64,000 nucleotides of DNA. It comes from Isurus oxyrinchus. Its lineage: Eukaryota. The DNA lies in assembly GCA_026770705.1 (NCBI GenBank), contig JANJGN010000003.1, positions 231,322,001 through 231,386,000 of the forward strand, in the 5' to 3' direction. The notes under the pieces were generated by a model that was not told the DNA's origin, did no database searches, and saw only the letters and a program-made list of their open reading frames with translations. This document shows positions 50,480-64,000 of the stretch, piece after piece. Position 1 is the stretch's first letter. Every line of letters begins with the position of its first letter. The position numbers and the translations under genes were made by a program.

Positions 50480-51309
50480 CCATCTCCTCTCTAATTAGCA
50501 AAGCACCCAGACAATCACGTGGGTACTCAACTGGGTGGAGTCAAACCCTTCGACATAATCATTTGAACAATGAGACCCTGGATGAGAGAGCAATTCCTAG
50601 CCATGATCTAATCAAGTTACAATTTGGAATCCACTAGCCATGATATTTGGGTCATTGGATTGTTGGAGAGAGATGGTCCATGTGGCAAGCCAACTATTTT
50701 GTGTATTTAAGCAATTATTTTTTTCTGAAGATCAAGGCAAGCAACTAAGACGTTGAAGGAACAAGAGGCTCAGAGGGTTCCCTCTCTCTTTCTCCCTGTT
50801 TCTCTCTATCTCTCTCTCCATCCAACATGCCAGTTTTGAATGGTTTCTGCTGATTTTGACTATCCAGGTGAGAGATTTTAAAAACTCAACCCAGCAACTG
50901 CTGTCTCCAAAAGCTCAGATAATCATCTGTCTATATCTTTAAATCACTTCAGTGCTGGAAGCAGCAGGACATCCTGTTCAGCTTGAGGCCAGCCAAGCCA
51001 ACAACCAATCATATACCCCTTTAATTTTATTGGACTCTAAATTGCTTAGTCTATCCTCCAACTCTGTAATTTATTTTTGTTTGCATGAACTTCGAGTGTG
51101 TGTGTGTGTGGTACAATAAAAACTATTCTCCATTCTTTTTGTAAAACTCAAGAAAACCTTTGTGTGTGTGTCTTTTATAGTTACAGTGCGTTAACAGTTA
51201 AAAACTCACTGAATTGGCAAATACGTCCTTTTAAAAAAAACAGTTGCGGTCAAACAAGGGATGGGAAAAGAGGGGAGCCATCTGACCCCTCCTCAGCTGG
51301 CTGTAAAAA
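50480..51309 (+). mobile_element. Probable LTR remnant
   Basis: (CT)n and (TG)n tracts, caataaaa signal, and terminal hairpin gaggggagcc...gacccctcctc...ctgtaaaa. Left boundary not resolved. Confidence 0.45.
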
Positions 51310-52639
51310 TGGATTTCACCTTCCACTTATTCTTCCATTCAAATAAACCTGGAACAGGTTGTTGCTGCAAAATAAAGTGTTGCGAGACTCATGACGAACC
51401 AAGCTTTGGCATTCATCATCCTGTTTTGGAAGTCACAGGAGGACTGTGGTGACCTTGAGGATCATTAGGAATGCTATCTGGATTGCATATTCTTTTTGGA
51501 AGGACTTTACGATGGCAAATTTGGTCACAGTCCCATGGTTCTTCTAGTACATGCACTAGATAGTGCAATGTCGGGTATGTAAAACAAGCCCTTGGTGCCA
51601 TTCTCCATACTTGACAGTTTATTCCTACTCTTTCTCATCTTTAGTCAACCTGAGTTCCAGGGGAGCACTGAATGTAACTCCCATCATGCAGTGTACATAG
51701 GACAACATTCTCATTTTCTGGGAACCAAAGCCACACGAGATTTTGGTTCCACTCCGACTCCCAAATTATAAGTGGAGGTTCATAAATATGGTTCAGTTCA
51801 TTCTTTATATTCACTGACAATTACGCTGGTATTAATAGCCTTAATTAAATTTACACACGTATTGTGCACAGCAGGTTATAGAACACTCACTGCTGGCAAC
51901 ATAGGATGTAGCAGAACTGATCAGTGAAAGTGCATCAAGCTACACTCCCAATTTTATGGACTCACCTCCCTGAATCACTGCCAGTATTTGCCTTTATGGT
52001 GATAGTAATTTCTAGTCTATGCTGTTTTTGTACAGTCAAAAATCAAGAATGGAATTCTCCTCAGGTCTTAAGCTAGGACCCGGATTTTTGCCAAGATGGG
52101 TCAACTTGGGAGCCCTTTAAAAATGGCAGGCAGGAACCGATTCTGGGATTCCTGCCCTCAAATGAATCAGGTGCGAAGGAGCTTCTATATTTTGGAGCCT
52201 GGATTACATTCAAAGATGAGGAAGACCAGAATTGTGGCAAGAAATCTAATATTCTTTACATAATGACATAATCTCCAGATGCAAATAAATTCCTATCAAA
52301 GTCTTACAAAATATTGGAAATGGGGAACTCTATGATAAAGCCAGCCTGGGTCTAAGCAATATCTCTGAGCACATCTATGATGAGGTTTTGCAACCAATGA
52401 GGTAAGATGTGGAAAGAATTGAGAGATTTTACCGACTCTAGTGAATGTGGTTGGAATCAGTTCCAAACTATTTATACACCTCAAAACAGTAATGCTCCAG
52501 TCAGATTTTTACTGATTTCTGTTCCATTTAGAATACACCTAAACAAACTTTTTAAACCGTAGGCTTGGGAAATACCAAGAATTGTGTGGTTCAATCAGTA
52601 TGCCTTCAGTCAATGTAATGTCCCTGAAGAAGCATATCC

Positions 52640-52836
52640 CATCAGGTGTAATGGAAATCTAGAACTCTATACCCAAAGAGCTGAGGCTAGGTCAACTGAA
52701 CCTTTCAAAACAGATATTGATAGATTTTTGTTGAGAAAGGTTACAAAGGGAAATGGAACAAAGGCGGTTGAATGGAATGAAGGAACAGATCAGCCATGAT
52801 CTAATTAGGTGATGGAACAGGCTTAAGGGGTTGAAT
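52640..52836 (+). mobile_element. CR1 3' end fragment
   Basis: FKTDIDRFLLRKVTKGNG followed by cagatcagccatgatct. Confidence 0.75.
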
Positions 52837-53334
52837 GTCACAGCATGGGTTTGGAGATTTGCCTGTCATTACAGTTCACAATGCACCTTAAGGCATCAGT
52901 GACTTCCTGATTGATGGACATCTGGAAGTGCCTCAAGAACCAGTGTGCAAGAACATTTAGTTGTAACCATCTTACAGTCTTAGACCTACAATCAGCAAAA
53001 TAGTTACTTCCAACTTGATTTGACCTACATTTAACAGGAGTTCAAACTTTGCCTGCTGCTTGTAGGCAAAAGCATTCAAATCGTATGATCCTACAAAGTC
53101 TAAAATTTGTAGCTCCACTCTTAATCACTGCCAGTGGAATATTGAGCCCATTAACGAAATCTCTGATAGTACAAGAATGTGAAGTTAGTTTCCAATGCAA
53201 AACCAGGCAAATGCAGACCCTTTGCATGGAAGCATAAAGTTTGAACTCACATTAAATGATGGTCACATGATACTGGCAGCAGCTATTCCAGTGATAGTAA
53301 ATCTAATCCTCTTGTAAGATAGTTCTTGCACCCT

Positions 53335-54045
53335 GGAGTGAATTTTACAGGCCCCACTCCCTCCTAGTGTATTTGAAGTTGGGGGGCCATGAAAAATAAA
53401 GCAGGTGGCCAGCCCACTGCCTTCCCACCCACCCTGACCTGACCCCCATATTACGGGGGCACGGGTAAGGCACCAGACAGCCCACTGAACTTTAGGGCTA
53501 TTGATTCCCATAAACGGCCAATTAATGCTCACTTAAGGACCTCATTCTACCTCTACCACTATAATACCTGCTGCTGGGGGAGGGGGAAGAAAGGCAGCCA
53601 GCCAGACTCTCGCTATGACAGAGCGGGTTGCTATTGAGAAAGAAGGGGGGTTACCTCCTTTGAGAAGTCCCTTGTGGCCACTGGGGGAAAGCCTACCCTC
53701 AAAATGGTACTTCCCCTTCCTTGTGCCTCCCCTTTGGCCTCTAAAACCTGAGCCCCTCCTCCCCCACCCTCCCTCTTGCTGCCAATCTCTGCCCGATCAA
53801 AAAGCCTGGACTTACCTTCAAATCTGGGAGACACCTCCTTCTCGGTAACCGCTTATAATCCTAGCGGTGGCTGCTTCTGGCACTGAATCATATTGGCCAG
53901 CAGCTCTTTAGGACAGGACTTACTGTCCCTGAGGGGTAGGAGTCTCACTATCAGCATATTATTACTGCAGGGTAGCCAGTTTTCTGGTTGGCTGTGCCAA
54001 TGGGCTTTTCATTGTGTAATCCATCCGCAGGTAATACTCAACCCC
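53335..54045. mobile_element. Non-autonomous DNA transposon (Harbinger-type MITE)
   Basis: Imperfect TIRs ggagtgaattttac / gtaatactcaacccc around a GC-rich interior. Confidence 0.55.
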
Positions 54046-54206
54046 ATATTTCATCCTTACATGTAATTATGGTTCAATTCACAGCACCCAACCTCCTTTT
54101 CTCATTTTTTCCCCCAATCAATTATCATCTACATCAGCTATAACCCGATAGGATTCTATTGCAGAATTAGGAATGTACAAATTTTCATAATCTCAGTGTC
54201 TCCTAC

Positions 54207-54314
54207 CTGGTTGGCCACAAGGTACAGGACCTCTCCTAGTGCAGGTATCAGGCAATGTTTCAGTTTAGTGTTCCTGAAGTTCTCGCGTGTCAGCTCAGTT
54301 AATACTGTGACGGC
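54207..54314 (-). CDS. ULK4: ULK4 internal coding exon (108 bp, phase 0-0): AVTVLTELTRENFRNTKLKHCLIPALGEVLYLVANQ
   Basis: Acceptor ttcag and donor gtagg on the minus strand. Translation matches recalled vertebrate ULK4 (LLTELIRENFRNSKLKQCLLPTLGELIYLVATQ). Confidence 0.95.
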
Positions 54315-55329
54315 CTGAAGTGTAAAGAAAGGACCATTAAACAGCATAGGTTACATTTTATGAAAGTATATTAGAAAGAATACTTCCAGCAGTACATTTC
54401 ATATGGCTATGTATCTTTGTTCTATTTTTCTTTTGTGTAAATTGCTCTGTTCTTTACGATGAGGAATGCCAAGTCTGAGGAATTGCAGATGACTCATAAA
54501 TTTGAAGTAGTTTAGTTTGAATTTTCCACCAATTCATTTTTTCCTTTGAAAAAAGGACTTGCATTTAACAGTATAGACTGTAAACTCTTTTGCAACCTGC
54601 CCTCAAAATTTAATCCTTAGACCCCTGGTAACAATCTGGTGAGTCTGCACTGCACACTCTTGAAAGCCAATATATCCTTCCAGAGGTTTGGTGCCCAAAA
54701 CAAATGCAAAGGGATGAAAAATTGGCCCACACCTGTAGAGTGAAGTGAGCTCATAGCAAATCAGGAGCCCTTTTCACACACCATCCAATTATCTTTACCA
54801 TTTATGTCTAAATTTTATTTTCCTTTCACTATTGCATGGACTAATTTTACCCTCCTACCCCAGATATGTTGCTCCTAAGGTTTCATGAATGCACCCGTGT
54901 AGCTCACGAAAACAAAATATTTGTCGCCTCTGCACTAATTTTTATTGTTTGATTTCCACAAAACAGGCAACTCAAATTTAAGGATAAACAACATTACAGT
55001 CTTAACTTTAGTGTTCATGCATAACTGGATTTGGTAAAGTTAGTAACCTGTGCAATCTCCGTAATGGCCAAGTAAATTGACTTGTTCCTCCTTTCCTAAA
55101 GCCTGCTTTCGAACTTTCACTAGTGAAATACATCCTTGAAATGTTGCATACTGTAAGCCTAACATTGCCTTTTGATTTTAAAAGTTACAGAAATTATAGC
55201 ACAGGAAGTACTTTACTGTCAGAGATGAACATGGGATGGCAGTTAATATTAATTCAGCCAACAGAGAACATATAGTTTAGGAATGGAATGATATTATAAT
55301 TTTAATGTTATTTGCAAACTTTTTCAATC

Positions 55330-56405
55330 ATCTAAGTCATTAATGTCACATGCAGTCAACCAGGGAACATTTCCTTTATCTCTCCTCTGTCTCCTACCTC
55401 CCAATGAATTATCAACTCATATCACAAGGTTACCCTAGAATCTGTACACTTTCATTTTTGCAAATGATCTCTAGTGTGGAACCTTATCAAATGCATTTGC
55501 GAAGTCCCAATAGACAACCTGCATAGGCACCCCACTATCTACCAGTGGCCTCCTCAAAATATTCAACAAGATTAGTCAGGTATGACCTAACCAACACAAA
55601 TCCATGTTGATTCTCTTGGAATGTTCGCCCAAGTGTTCAGTCACCATTCCTGATGGTAGATTCCAGTAATTTCCTCACAAGTGATAGGTCTGCAGTTACC
55701 TGGTTTCGCCCTCCCTCCCTTCTTAAATAAGGAAGTGACGTTTGCAAATTCCAATCCAAAAGCACAATTCCTGGAACTATAAAGCTTCAAAAAATTATGA
55801 CTAACACATCTGCAATTTCTACACCTATTTCTTTCTCTGCCCCGAGTTGGAAATCCTTAAATCCTGTAAATTTGACTATCTTAAGTCTCATTATATTCCT
55901 CCTCATCATTCCCTTTCTTATATTAAATCCACTGCATTCTCCTGTTTGGTGGATTTTCAGGATCCTTTGCATCACTGATATTTTGTGATTTTCCTCCACT
56001 GTGAGAATGAACACAAAGTGCTAATTTAATAAGCCTGCAATTTCTTTATTGTCCATTATCATCTTGTGTACATCTGTCTTTAAATGGCATAAGTTCTCAG
56101 TTACCACTTTCTTTCTCTTAATAAACTTATAAAAAAACTCTTGCAGTTAGCTTTGTTAACTTCTCAACATTTTTAATATTCCTTTTTGCACTTCTTAGTT
56201 TCTTTGTATCTCTGTTTCTTTGTATAGCTCTCCCAGTCCACTGTATTTTCACTTTTCCTTGCATTTGCAGAAGCCTTTTAGCTCGATCCTGGCTCATTTT
56301 TTGGCAATGGTTGCTTAACTACACAAGTGGAGCCATTCATTGCCTTTTAGGGGTATGCACTGATATTATATTGTCATAAATATTTCTTTGACTACTTCCC
56401 ACTGT
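55330..56405 (-). mobile_element. Old decayed CR1 RT fragment
   Basis: gtggaaccttatcaaatgc and ccctcccttcttaaataagg...ttccaatcc match CR1 RT in reverse orientation. Confidence 0.65.
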
Positions 56406-56559
56406 TAAGAACAATAAATAAAATGACCAAACAATATTCAATAAAAGGTCTCAGAAGGAAAAAATAGACATCATCAAAAATCCTGCACATTGCAGGTCTA
56501 TCCAGTGCTTAGCTTCTATTACTTTGTGCTTTTGTGTGTAGGTCATTTTCAGTTGCTTT

Positions 56560-56915
56560 TAGATTATAAGTTCCTGAGGTGTCCTGACAGGGTCGATTTG
56601 GAGAGAATGTTTCCTCTCATGGGAGAATCTGGGTTCACTGTTTAAAAATAAGGAGTCGCCCATTTAAGACAGAGATGAGGAGAATTTTTTTCTCTGAGAG
56701 GGCTGAGAGTCTTTGGAACTCTCTTGCTCATTAGGTGGTGGAAGCAGAGTCTTTTAAGGCAAAGGTAGATAGATTCTTGATAAACAAGGGGGTGAAAGGT
56801 TATTGGGGGTAGGTGAGTATGTGGAGTTGAGGTTACAATCAGATTAGCCATGATCTCATCCAAGAATTAAGTGGCCTACTCCTGCTCCTAATTTGTAGTA
56901 TGTATGTATGTACGT
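56560..56915 (+). mobile_element. CR1 3' fragment
   Basis: catttaagacagagatgaggagaa...tggcctactcctgctcct, (TATG)n tail. Confidence 0.85.
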
Positions 56916-57346
56916 ATTGGGTTAATTGTGCTGTCTCCTGACATGGCAACCTTGTGCAACCAGATGCGACCAGGAAATAAACGTTGCAATTCACCAAGGC
57001 TGGAGGCTATAAAGGACTGATACGTATTAAGTATAGATTTTATTTAAAACTTACAGGTCCTGAACATCTGGTACCCTAATTGTATTCAATTCGAGGCCTA
57101 CCCTAAATGAGTTGTGGGGAGAGGCATGCATGGGTCTCTCTCTCTCTCTCTAAGCTGGTTCATGGTTAATTAATCATTGTCAGCAGAACCACTGGAAGTT
57201 TTATAAACAGACAGGCTATTCATTCACATTTCTTGAAGTGGTTTTAGCGACATCTTTAATTTATGTATACATGCCTGCCAGTCATAAGCCTCAATACAAA
57301 CTATCTGTTTAAACACAGTTAATGGCTGAATAGACCAAGTTCCATA

Positions 57347-57900
57347 TGGGGCTGGATTTCATCCCCCCCCCCCCCCCCCCCCACCAGCCCGGCATGTTTT
57401 TGAGGAGTGGCAAGCCCACAGCCTTCCTGCCCACTCCTGACCCAGTCCCCATAATATGGCAGCTCGCCCGCCATTTTTAAAAAAATAATTAATGGGTAAT
57501 TGAGCTTGTTAATAAGCCAAGTGACCCATAATTCACACTGCCCACGCCACAGAACAGTTAGTATGGGCAGGCAGACGAGACTGAGGAGCCTGCTTTTGAA
57601 AAAATCCTTGGAAAGCTGGGAAGGAAGGGAGGGGAGCTGCATTCAGTGGGGGATGCCCTTTGCGCACTGGGGGCACACCCCCCCCCCCAATATCTTACCC
57701 CCTTTTCCCTTTGTTCCTCCCCGCCTGGCCTCCAAAGTCCAGCTGCTCATTCCCCTCATGACCCTTCCCTATGCTGCCCACTCCCTCTCCACCCTAAAAG
57801 CCAAGGACTTACCTGGGTCTGGAATCCATCAAAGTTACTTGTGGGCCTGCTTACAGTCCCAGCAGCGCCCACAACTCAGTAAATGCTTTAAGGCCAAGGC
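57347..57900. mobile_element. Harbinger-type MITE fragment
   Basis: Starts ggggctggatttcat; interior similar to 53335-54045. Confidence 0.45.
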
Positions 57901-58777
57901 TAATATGAACTGAATTGAAACAGTCAAGCTAATTTGACAGGATCCTCAGAGTCAGCAGAGGTAAAGTGAAAGTGATAAATGCTCGAACATCTCAAGACCA
58001 CAGGATAGTTATAAAAAGAAAATCATTTGGCTCCTCTATTAAGAAAGACCTAAGGGACCCTGTCACAGCATCCAACAGTTTCCTAAATGATCTCAGGTCT
58101 TTGGTTCAATTACCATATATGGAAGGAAGTCTATTTCATTTGACAGTTAGCCTATGAGTGAAAAATACTTCCTAAAATCAGTCCTAATTTTGGCTTTCAT
58201 GAGTTTGAACCAATGCTCCTTTTTTCCTGTTGTTCAGGTTTAATTTCAAGTATAGTTCCCACTGTACTTCCTCTAAGCTATTGACTTCTATGAGGTTCCA
58301 CTCATTAAGACCAACATTCTCATCTTTCTTCATTACTAGAGTTTGGCTGTGTCAGTCTTATTGATCTTCTCTGAAAAGTAAGCAAGGTAGATGTAATCTT
58401 GCCAGAGCACTGTGTATTTTAACTGCGACTTCTTCCAACTTCTGCTGTTTTGACTATAGAGTGCAGAATCCTATCAGCTTTGCTGACTGATGCTCCATGG
58501 TGGTTCGATACATAGAGCAGAGGGTACTAAAACTTCTAGATCTTTTTCAGGTTGCTCCTCAACAACTTCAACATTATTCACAGGGACACAGGAACAGGAG
58601 CCTGCTCTGTTATTCAATTAGATCGTGGTTGATCTGTATCCAACTTTGTTTATCTGCCTTTACTCCATATCATTTAACACTCTTCCCTAACAAAAACCTA
58701 TGCATCTCAGTTTTTAAAATTCCAATTTTCCATTTGGAGTTTTGGAATATGTATGATGCCAACCTATATGTAATAAT

Positions 58778-60132
58778 ACCATAAGACATAGGAGCAGAAA
58801 TTAGGTCATTCGGCCCATCGAGTCTGCTCCGCCATTCAATCATGGCTGATAAGTTTCTCAACCCCATTCTCCCGCCTTCTCCCTGTTACCTTTGATCCCC
58901 TTACCAATCAAGAACCTATCTACCTTGGTCTTAAATACACTCAATGACCAGGCCTCCACAGCCTTCTGTGGCAATGAATTCCATATATTCACCAATCTCT
59001 GGCTAAAGAAGTTTCTCCTCATCTCTGTTCTAAAAGGTCTTCCCTTTACTCTGAGGCTGTGCCCTTGGGTCCTAGTCTCTCCTACTAATGGAAACATCTT
59101 CCCCACATCCACTCTATCTAGGCCTTTCAGTATTCTGTAAGTTTCAATCAGATCCCCCCTCATCCTTCTAAACTCCATCGAGTATAGACCCAGAGTCCTC
59201 AAACGTTCCTCATATGTTAAGCCTCTCATTCCTGGGATCGTTCTCGTGAACCTCCTCTGGACCTTCTCCAGGGCCAGCACATCCTTCCTGAGATACGGGG
59301 TCCAATATTGCTCACAATATTCTAAATGTGACCTGACCAGAGCCTTATAAAGCTTCAGCAGCACATCCCTGCTTTTATATTCTAGTCCTCTTAAAATAAA
59401 TGCCAACATTGCATTTGCCTTCCTAACTACCGACTCAACCTGCAAGTTAACCTTAAGAGAATCCTGGATTAGGACTCCCAAGTCCCTTTGCACTCCAGAT
59501 TTCTGAATTCTCTCCCCATTTAGAAAATAGTCTATGCCTCTATTCTTCCTACCAAAGTGCATGACCTCACACTTCCCCACGTTGTATTCCATCTGCCACT
59601 TCTTTGCCCATTCTCCTAAACTGTCCAAATCCTTCTGCAGCCTCCCCGCCTCCTCAATACTACCTGTCCCTCCACCTATCTTTGTATCATCTGCAAACTT
59701 AGCCAGGATGCCCTCAGTTCCTTCATCTAGATCATTAATGTATAAAGTGAAAAGTTGAGGTCCCAACACTGACCCCTGCGGAACTCCACTAGTCACCAGC
59801 TGCCATCCTGAGAAGGACCCCCTTATCCCCACCCTCTGCCTCCTGCCAGACAGCCAATCTTCTATCCATGCTAGAACCTTGCCTCTAACACCATGGGCTC
59901 TTATCTTACTGAGCAACCTCCTGTGCAGCACCTTGTCAAAGGCCTTCTGGAAGTCCAAGTAGATAACATCCATTGGCTCTCCTTTGTCTAACCTACTCGT
60001 TACCTCCTCAAAGAATTCTAACAGATTTGTCAGGCATGACCTCCCCTTGATGAAACCATGCTGACTTTGCCCGATTTTACCATGCACTTCCAAGTATTCT
60101 GAAATCTCATCCTTAATAATGGACTCTAAAAT
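58778..60132 (-). mobile_element. Young 5'-truncated CR1 LINE with uninterrupted RT C-terminal reading frame
   Basis: 431-aa ORF with YLDFQKAFDKV, GVPQGSVLGP and FADD through to the natural stop. Near-identical to 44030-45380. Confidence 0.96.
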
Positions 60133-61699
60133 ACCTTTGTCATTGTTCCGCACAATTTCCTACTTTACCTAATATGCATAGAACCTAGTCAACCTCTTCA
60201 GATTGAACTTATCCTTTCCTGTCCCTACACCAGTTCAATATCATCAATAAATTTTGAGCAGTTTGTAATAAGCTTCTGAATTTAAGCTATTGTTATAAAT
60301 TTGTCCAGGACCTTTCCTTTTTCAACTATAGCAGCTGCTATTTAATAGATTATCATACAATTAATCCTCAAGCCCATTCCTTAACTGAGTCCATTATTTT
60401 AACCAGCACTGATTTAATACGAATAAGCACTATTAAGTATAGTGATAACCGGGGTGGATTCAAAGCCAAGTCAGAGAGATGAAAGGATGGTGTGGCAACA
60501 TATTTGAAACTATAGGGGTAATTTAATCACCCAAGGATGGGCAGGAAAGGGTTGCTGGTGTGGGGGGAGGGGGGCAGGATTAAATTGCTAACAGTGTGGA
60601 ATCTGACCCCAACCCGCCCGAGAACCTACTTCCAGTTTAACTATGGGTTTGGGGTCACATGAGTAACTGCTCAAGTGGCGGGCGGATGACTATGATATTT
60701 AAATGAGGCTGTGTCTCACAGATTGTGTCAGCAATTAGATTTAACTCTTCCAGTGTGGGTTTGATTCCACTATCATCTGTTGGAGACAGGGGTCCCTCAA
60801 ACAATGGAGAATGCGTGTCCAGAAGAATTCTTGCATAGGAACCTCACTCACCATGTGATATAAACAGCTGCTAAACACAGTTCCTCTGTTTCTTTAAAAG
60901 TGAATGTCCCTGTGAATGTTTTTGAGGAGCCTACCTGATAAATACACAGTCATCTGCTTCTGACTGAGTATTTGCACCTCAAAACTAAAGGATTCTTGAG
61001 ACAAATTTTGTTGTAAATGAACAAACAACTATCAGCTGGATTATGCTTATTTTCATCTGCTTCCCATTAAAAACCTCAGCCTAGTCACTAGATGTGATAC
61101 ACCCACTGTATAGGCTTACAATGGATCCAATATGGCAGACATTGTGCACCCATTCATTCCATGCTAGAGGCATGTTGCCCCTCTGTATTAGGTTGGGCTC
61201 CTCCATAGGCATCCAGGGTGTGAGCAAGAGATAATCAACAGGTTGATTATAATATTTAAATAAAGGCCCTACATTTGTTGCAGGACCTTTTTGTGAAATT
61301 GATTTGCCCCAGTGTCTGACTCACTACACGATAACCCACTTAGCAAACCATGCTGCTAACAGGCAGCAAATACTCTGCATCAGCGCTATTGAATCAGCAC
61401 ATCCACTGCGTAAAGGTTTGTGGCTGTTTTGTACTTTTAGGCTGCTGATTAACTTCTGTTTTTCATTGCTTACTTTCTGCATTCTGCAACTAATTTGAGA
61501 TTGCTCCTAATAAGATTTTCCTGGTGCTAGACTTGTTGGCCACGAAAACGGTTTTATTGTAATCATGGGTAGCCCGATAGCTCTGCTTTTGGGACTGGAG
61601 GAACAACAAAAAAGACAAGAGAACAGGAGCAGCTTTCAGGAAAAAGAGGAAGAGGGCACTCATGGAGCAGAATTATATGTACACGAGACCATACACATT

Positions 61700-62150
61700 G
61701 TAGCACGTCAGACCTCAACTTCACTGAAAGGAACTGTATGAGGTGTGATCACTTCATTAAGGAGGCTGTCACCAAGCTGTGTCATCTGCTTGAGCCACAG
61801 CTGCAGACTCAAACAACGGCACGGACAGCACAGCTTATGGCTGTCAAGACACCATGATCATGAAGTTTTATGCAACATGATTCTTCCAGGTTGCAGCTGG
61901 TGCCATCAGCAACATCTCCCAGTTTGCTGTGTATTTGGGAAGTAACCAAAACCCTCTACACCAGGATGAATACCCACATCACTTTCCTAGTGGACAGAGC
62001 GAAACCAGAATGACAGAGCACAAGACTTTGCCCACATTGCAGTTTCCCCTGGATCCAAGGTGCCACAGGCTGCATCCATGATGCTTTGCTTACTCCCATC
62101 ACCATCCTGGCATTTTCGGAATAAGAAAGGGTTTGCACTGAACGTCTAAG
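61700..62150 (+). pseudogene. Harbinger (HARBI1-like) transposase remnant
   Basis: Hand translation across frameshifts: FIKEAVTKLCHLLEPQLQ...KFYAT*FFQVAAGAISNISQFAV...FPWIQGATGCIHDAL...FRNKKGF-ALNV. Matches the Harbinger nuclease motifs GFPxVxGAIDCTHV and NRKGFHSLNVQ. Confidence 0.75.
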
Positions 62151-62859
62151 TGCATCATTCAGGTCTGCATCTCGTCTGCTGGCCATGATTCTAACCAGTT
62201 TCCTTATTTGGAACATGATTCAGCATTGTTGAGACAGTAGTTACAAAAGGCAGATCCACAGAGAACCATCTGAGAAACATCTTCAGGGAAGCAGACAAGA
62301 GCTTCAACCCAAGGCGAAGAGAAGAAACATCCAAAAACAGCTAGTGGTCTGCTGTAAGTAACTGGGCAGTTTGAAAGTGCTGCAACTGCAGAACTAGAAG
62401 CAAGGAACCTTCTCTCCTTCCTATAAACCTGATTCCATCTACTAAGCTACTTGTGAAAGCAACCTCCAAAAAACCAACTGTGGAGACAATCGCAGGTGTG
62501 GAGACAATCCTACAACCTCAAAACCTTCACTTCAGACAACGCAGTATTCCGACTTCAGAAACTATCAGGCCTCCCTCAAACAATAAATACTGGACTGATT
62601 CCATTTTTATAAGTATCATTTTATCTTCATCTGTAACTAATCTTTATGTGTATGCATTAGTAACTTAATCTTTTCTTAAGTAACTTCTTGAGCAATAGTG
62701 TGTAATAAACTAATCCTTTTCGTTTTTAGGTAAAAAGGCTTCACTGATGAGTTATTTTAAATTGAATTTCTCACTCCAGGAGTAAGGAAATACATCCACA
62801 CATACAAATACATTGTTCACAGGTGACTTTGGGGAAACACCTTTTAAAGTGTCCATGAA

Positions 62860-63370
62860 AGGAGATACGAAGGCATTGGAGAAAGTGCATAAAAGATTCA
62901 TGAGAATGATTCCAGGAATGAGGGATTTCGGTTAGATAGATAGATTGGAGAAGCTGGGACTGTTCTCCTTGGAGAAGAAAAGGTTGAGATGAGATTTGAT
63001 AAAGCTATTCAAAATCATGAAGGGTCCTGACAGAATAAATAGGGAGAAACTGTTTTCATTGGTGGATAGATTGAAAACCAGAGGCCACAGATTTCAGGTA
63101 CCTGGCAAAAGAAGCAAGGGTTTCATAAGGAAAAACTTATTTTACGCAACAGGTGATTAGGATCAGAAATGTACTGCCTGAGTGTGTGATGTGGCAAGTT
63201 CAATTGAGGCATTCAGTAGGGAATTAGATCATTATCTGAAAAGGAAAAATACGCATGACTAACGGGAAAAGGCAGGGGAGTGGGCACTAGGTGGACTGCT
63301 GTTGCAGAGGGCCTGGGTACAACAGGCCAAATGGCCTCCTATTTGTGCTGTAACCATTCTATAGTTCTAT
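62860..63370 (+). mobile_element. CR1 3' fragment
   Basis: agattggagaagctgggactgttctccttggagaag...ggccaaatggcctcct...taaccattctatagttctat tail. Confidence 0.85.
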
Positions 63371-63571
63371 CCACTAATAATGGTGTAACTTGTAATCTCT
63401 GTGTGTTAACTGGGTCACTAACCATTCCCAAATCAGTATGTATGATGCCTTTCATAGCTTCCTTGACATACAGCTCACAAAGTGGTCATGCAGTTTTCTT
63501 ACCTTGGACTCTGAAACACTAGGGCATTTCCAATTTGTATTTAATTAATTTAAATCCCCCAATAATACAAA

Positions 63572-63780
63572 TTGTGGGGGTCAATTAGCTGTGCTGGTTA
63601 TGGCCATATTGTGGTGCAGAATGATGCCAACTGCGCAGGTTCTCCTGAACCAGCTGTGGTAGTTCATGCAGATCTGCCTCCTTGCCTTGCTCCACGCTTG
63701 ATGTGGAGTGATAGACTTCAAACTATGTAACTACTCATCTCTCTCTCTAATGAAGAGAGATGCCTATGGTACCTTACCTC
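63572..63780 (+). mobile_element. Old tRNA-headed SINE-like fragment
   Basis: A-box-like tagctgtgctgg, degenerate B box, ctctctaatgaagagag hairpin and ctatggtaccttacct tail. Confidence 0.35.
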
Positions 63781-64000
63781 AGCTAATATAATCTACCCAT
63801 TTTTACACATCCTTCCAATTTCTTCAAAAACAAAACTATCTTCTTGTTATGACCTAGTGGTCTGCAACATATATTACTTTTAGCTTTGTTCTCTTCCAAG
63901 TTAATGAATTACTCTGGTTGGACATTTTTGTGTAATTTAACTTCTCTCATAGGATCACTTTCTTATCCTAGCAGGTATTCCTAACATAGACAGGTATGCT

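Noticed and set aside
63740-63830. Minus-strand GAG|GTAAGG donor as the end of the preceding ULK4 exon
   Set aside because: In-frame stop five codons upstream, no ULK4 similarity, and it overlaps a SINE-like tail.

Overview
Eukaryotic genomic DNA, almost certainly from a cartilaginous fish (inferred from the repeat families: CR1 LINEs with esterase ORF1, Neptune-type Penelope, DeuSINE-like and Harbinger elements). The window lies inside a minus-strand ULK4 gene. Five internal coding exons (54314-54207, 43638-43555, 30987-30826, 25534-25352, 19330-19203) have canonical AG/GT sites and splice in frame into the HEAT/armadillo region. The introns are dominated by transposable elements. The most unusual object is a ~3.4-kb LTR element (about 2950-6374) with paired LTRs, a tRNA-Leu primer-binding site, a polypurine tract and a Gypsy-type integrase C-terminal remnant. 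Instead of gag-pol, its interior holds a decayed ~1.1-kb reading frame collinear with the coiled-coil region of the host gene UACA, which suggests host-gene capture by an LTR retrotransposon. Other points: a LINE family with a tRNA-like Pol III head and no ORF1, Penelope-type hammerhead motifs (one pair forming inverted ends of a short element), and a CR1 with twin-priming-like 5' inversion. All homology calls are by eye from remembered sequences; no database search was run, and repeat boundaries are approximate.
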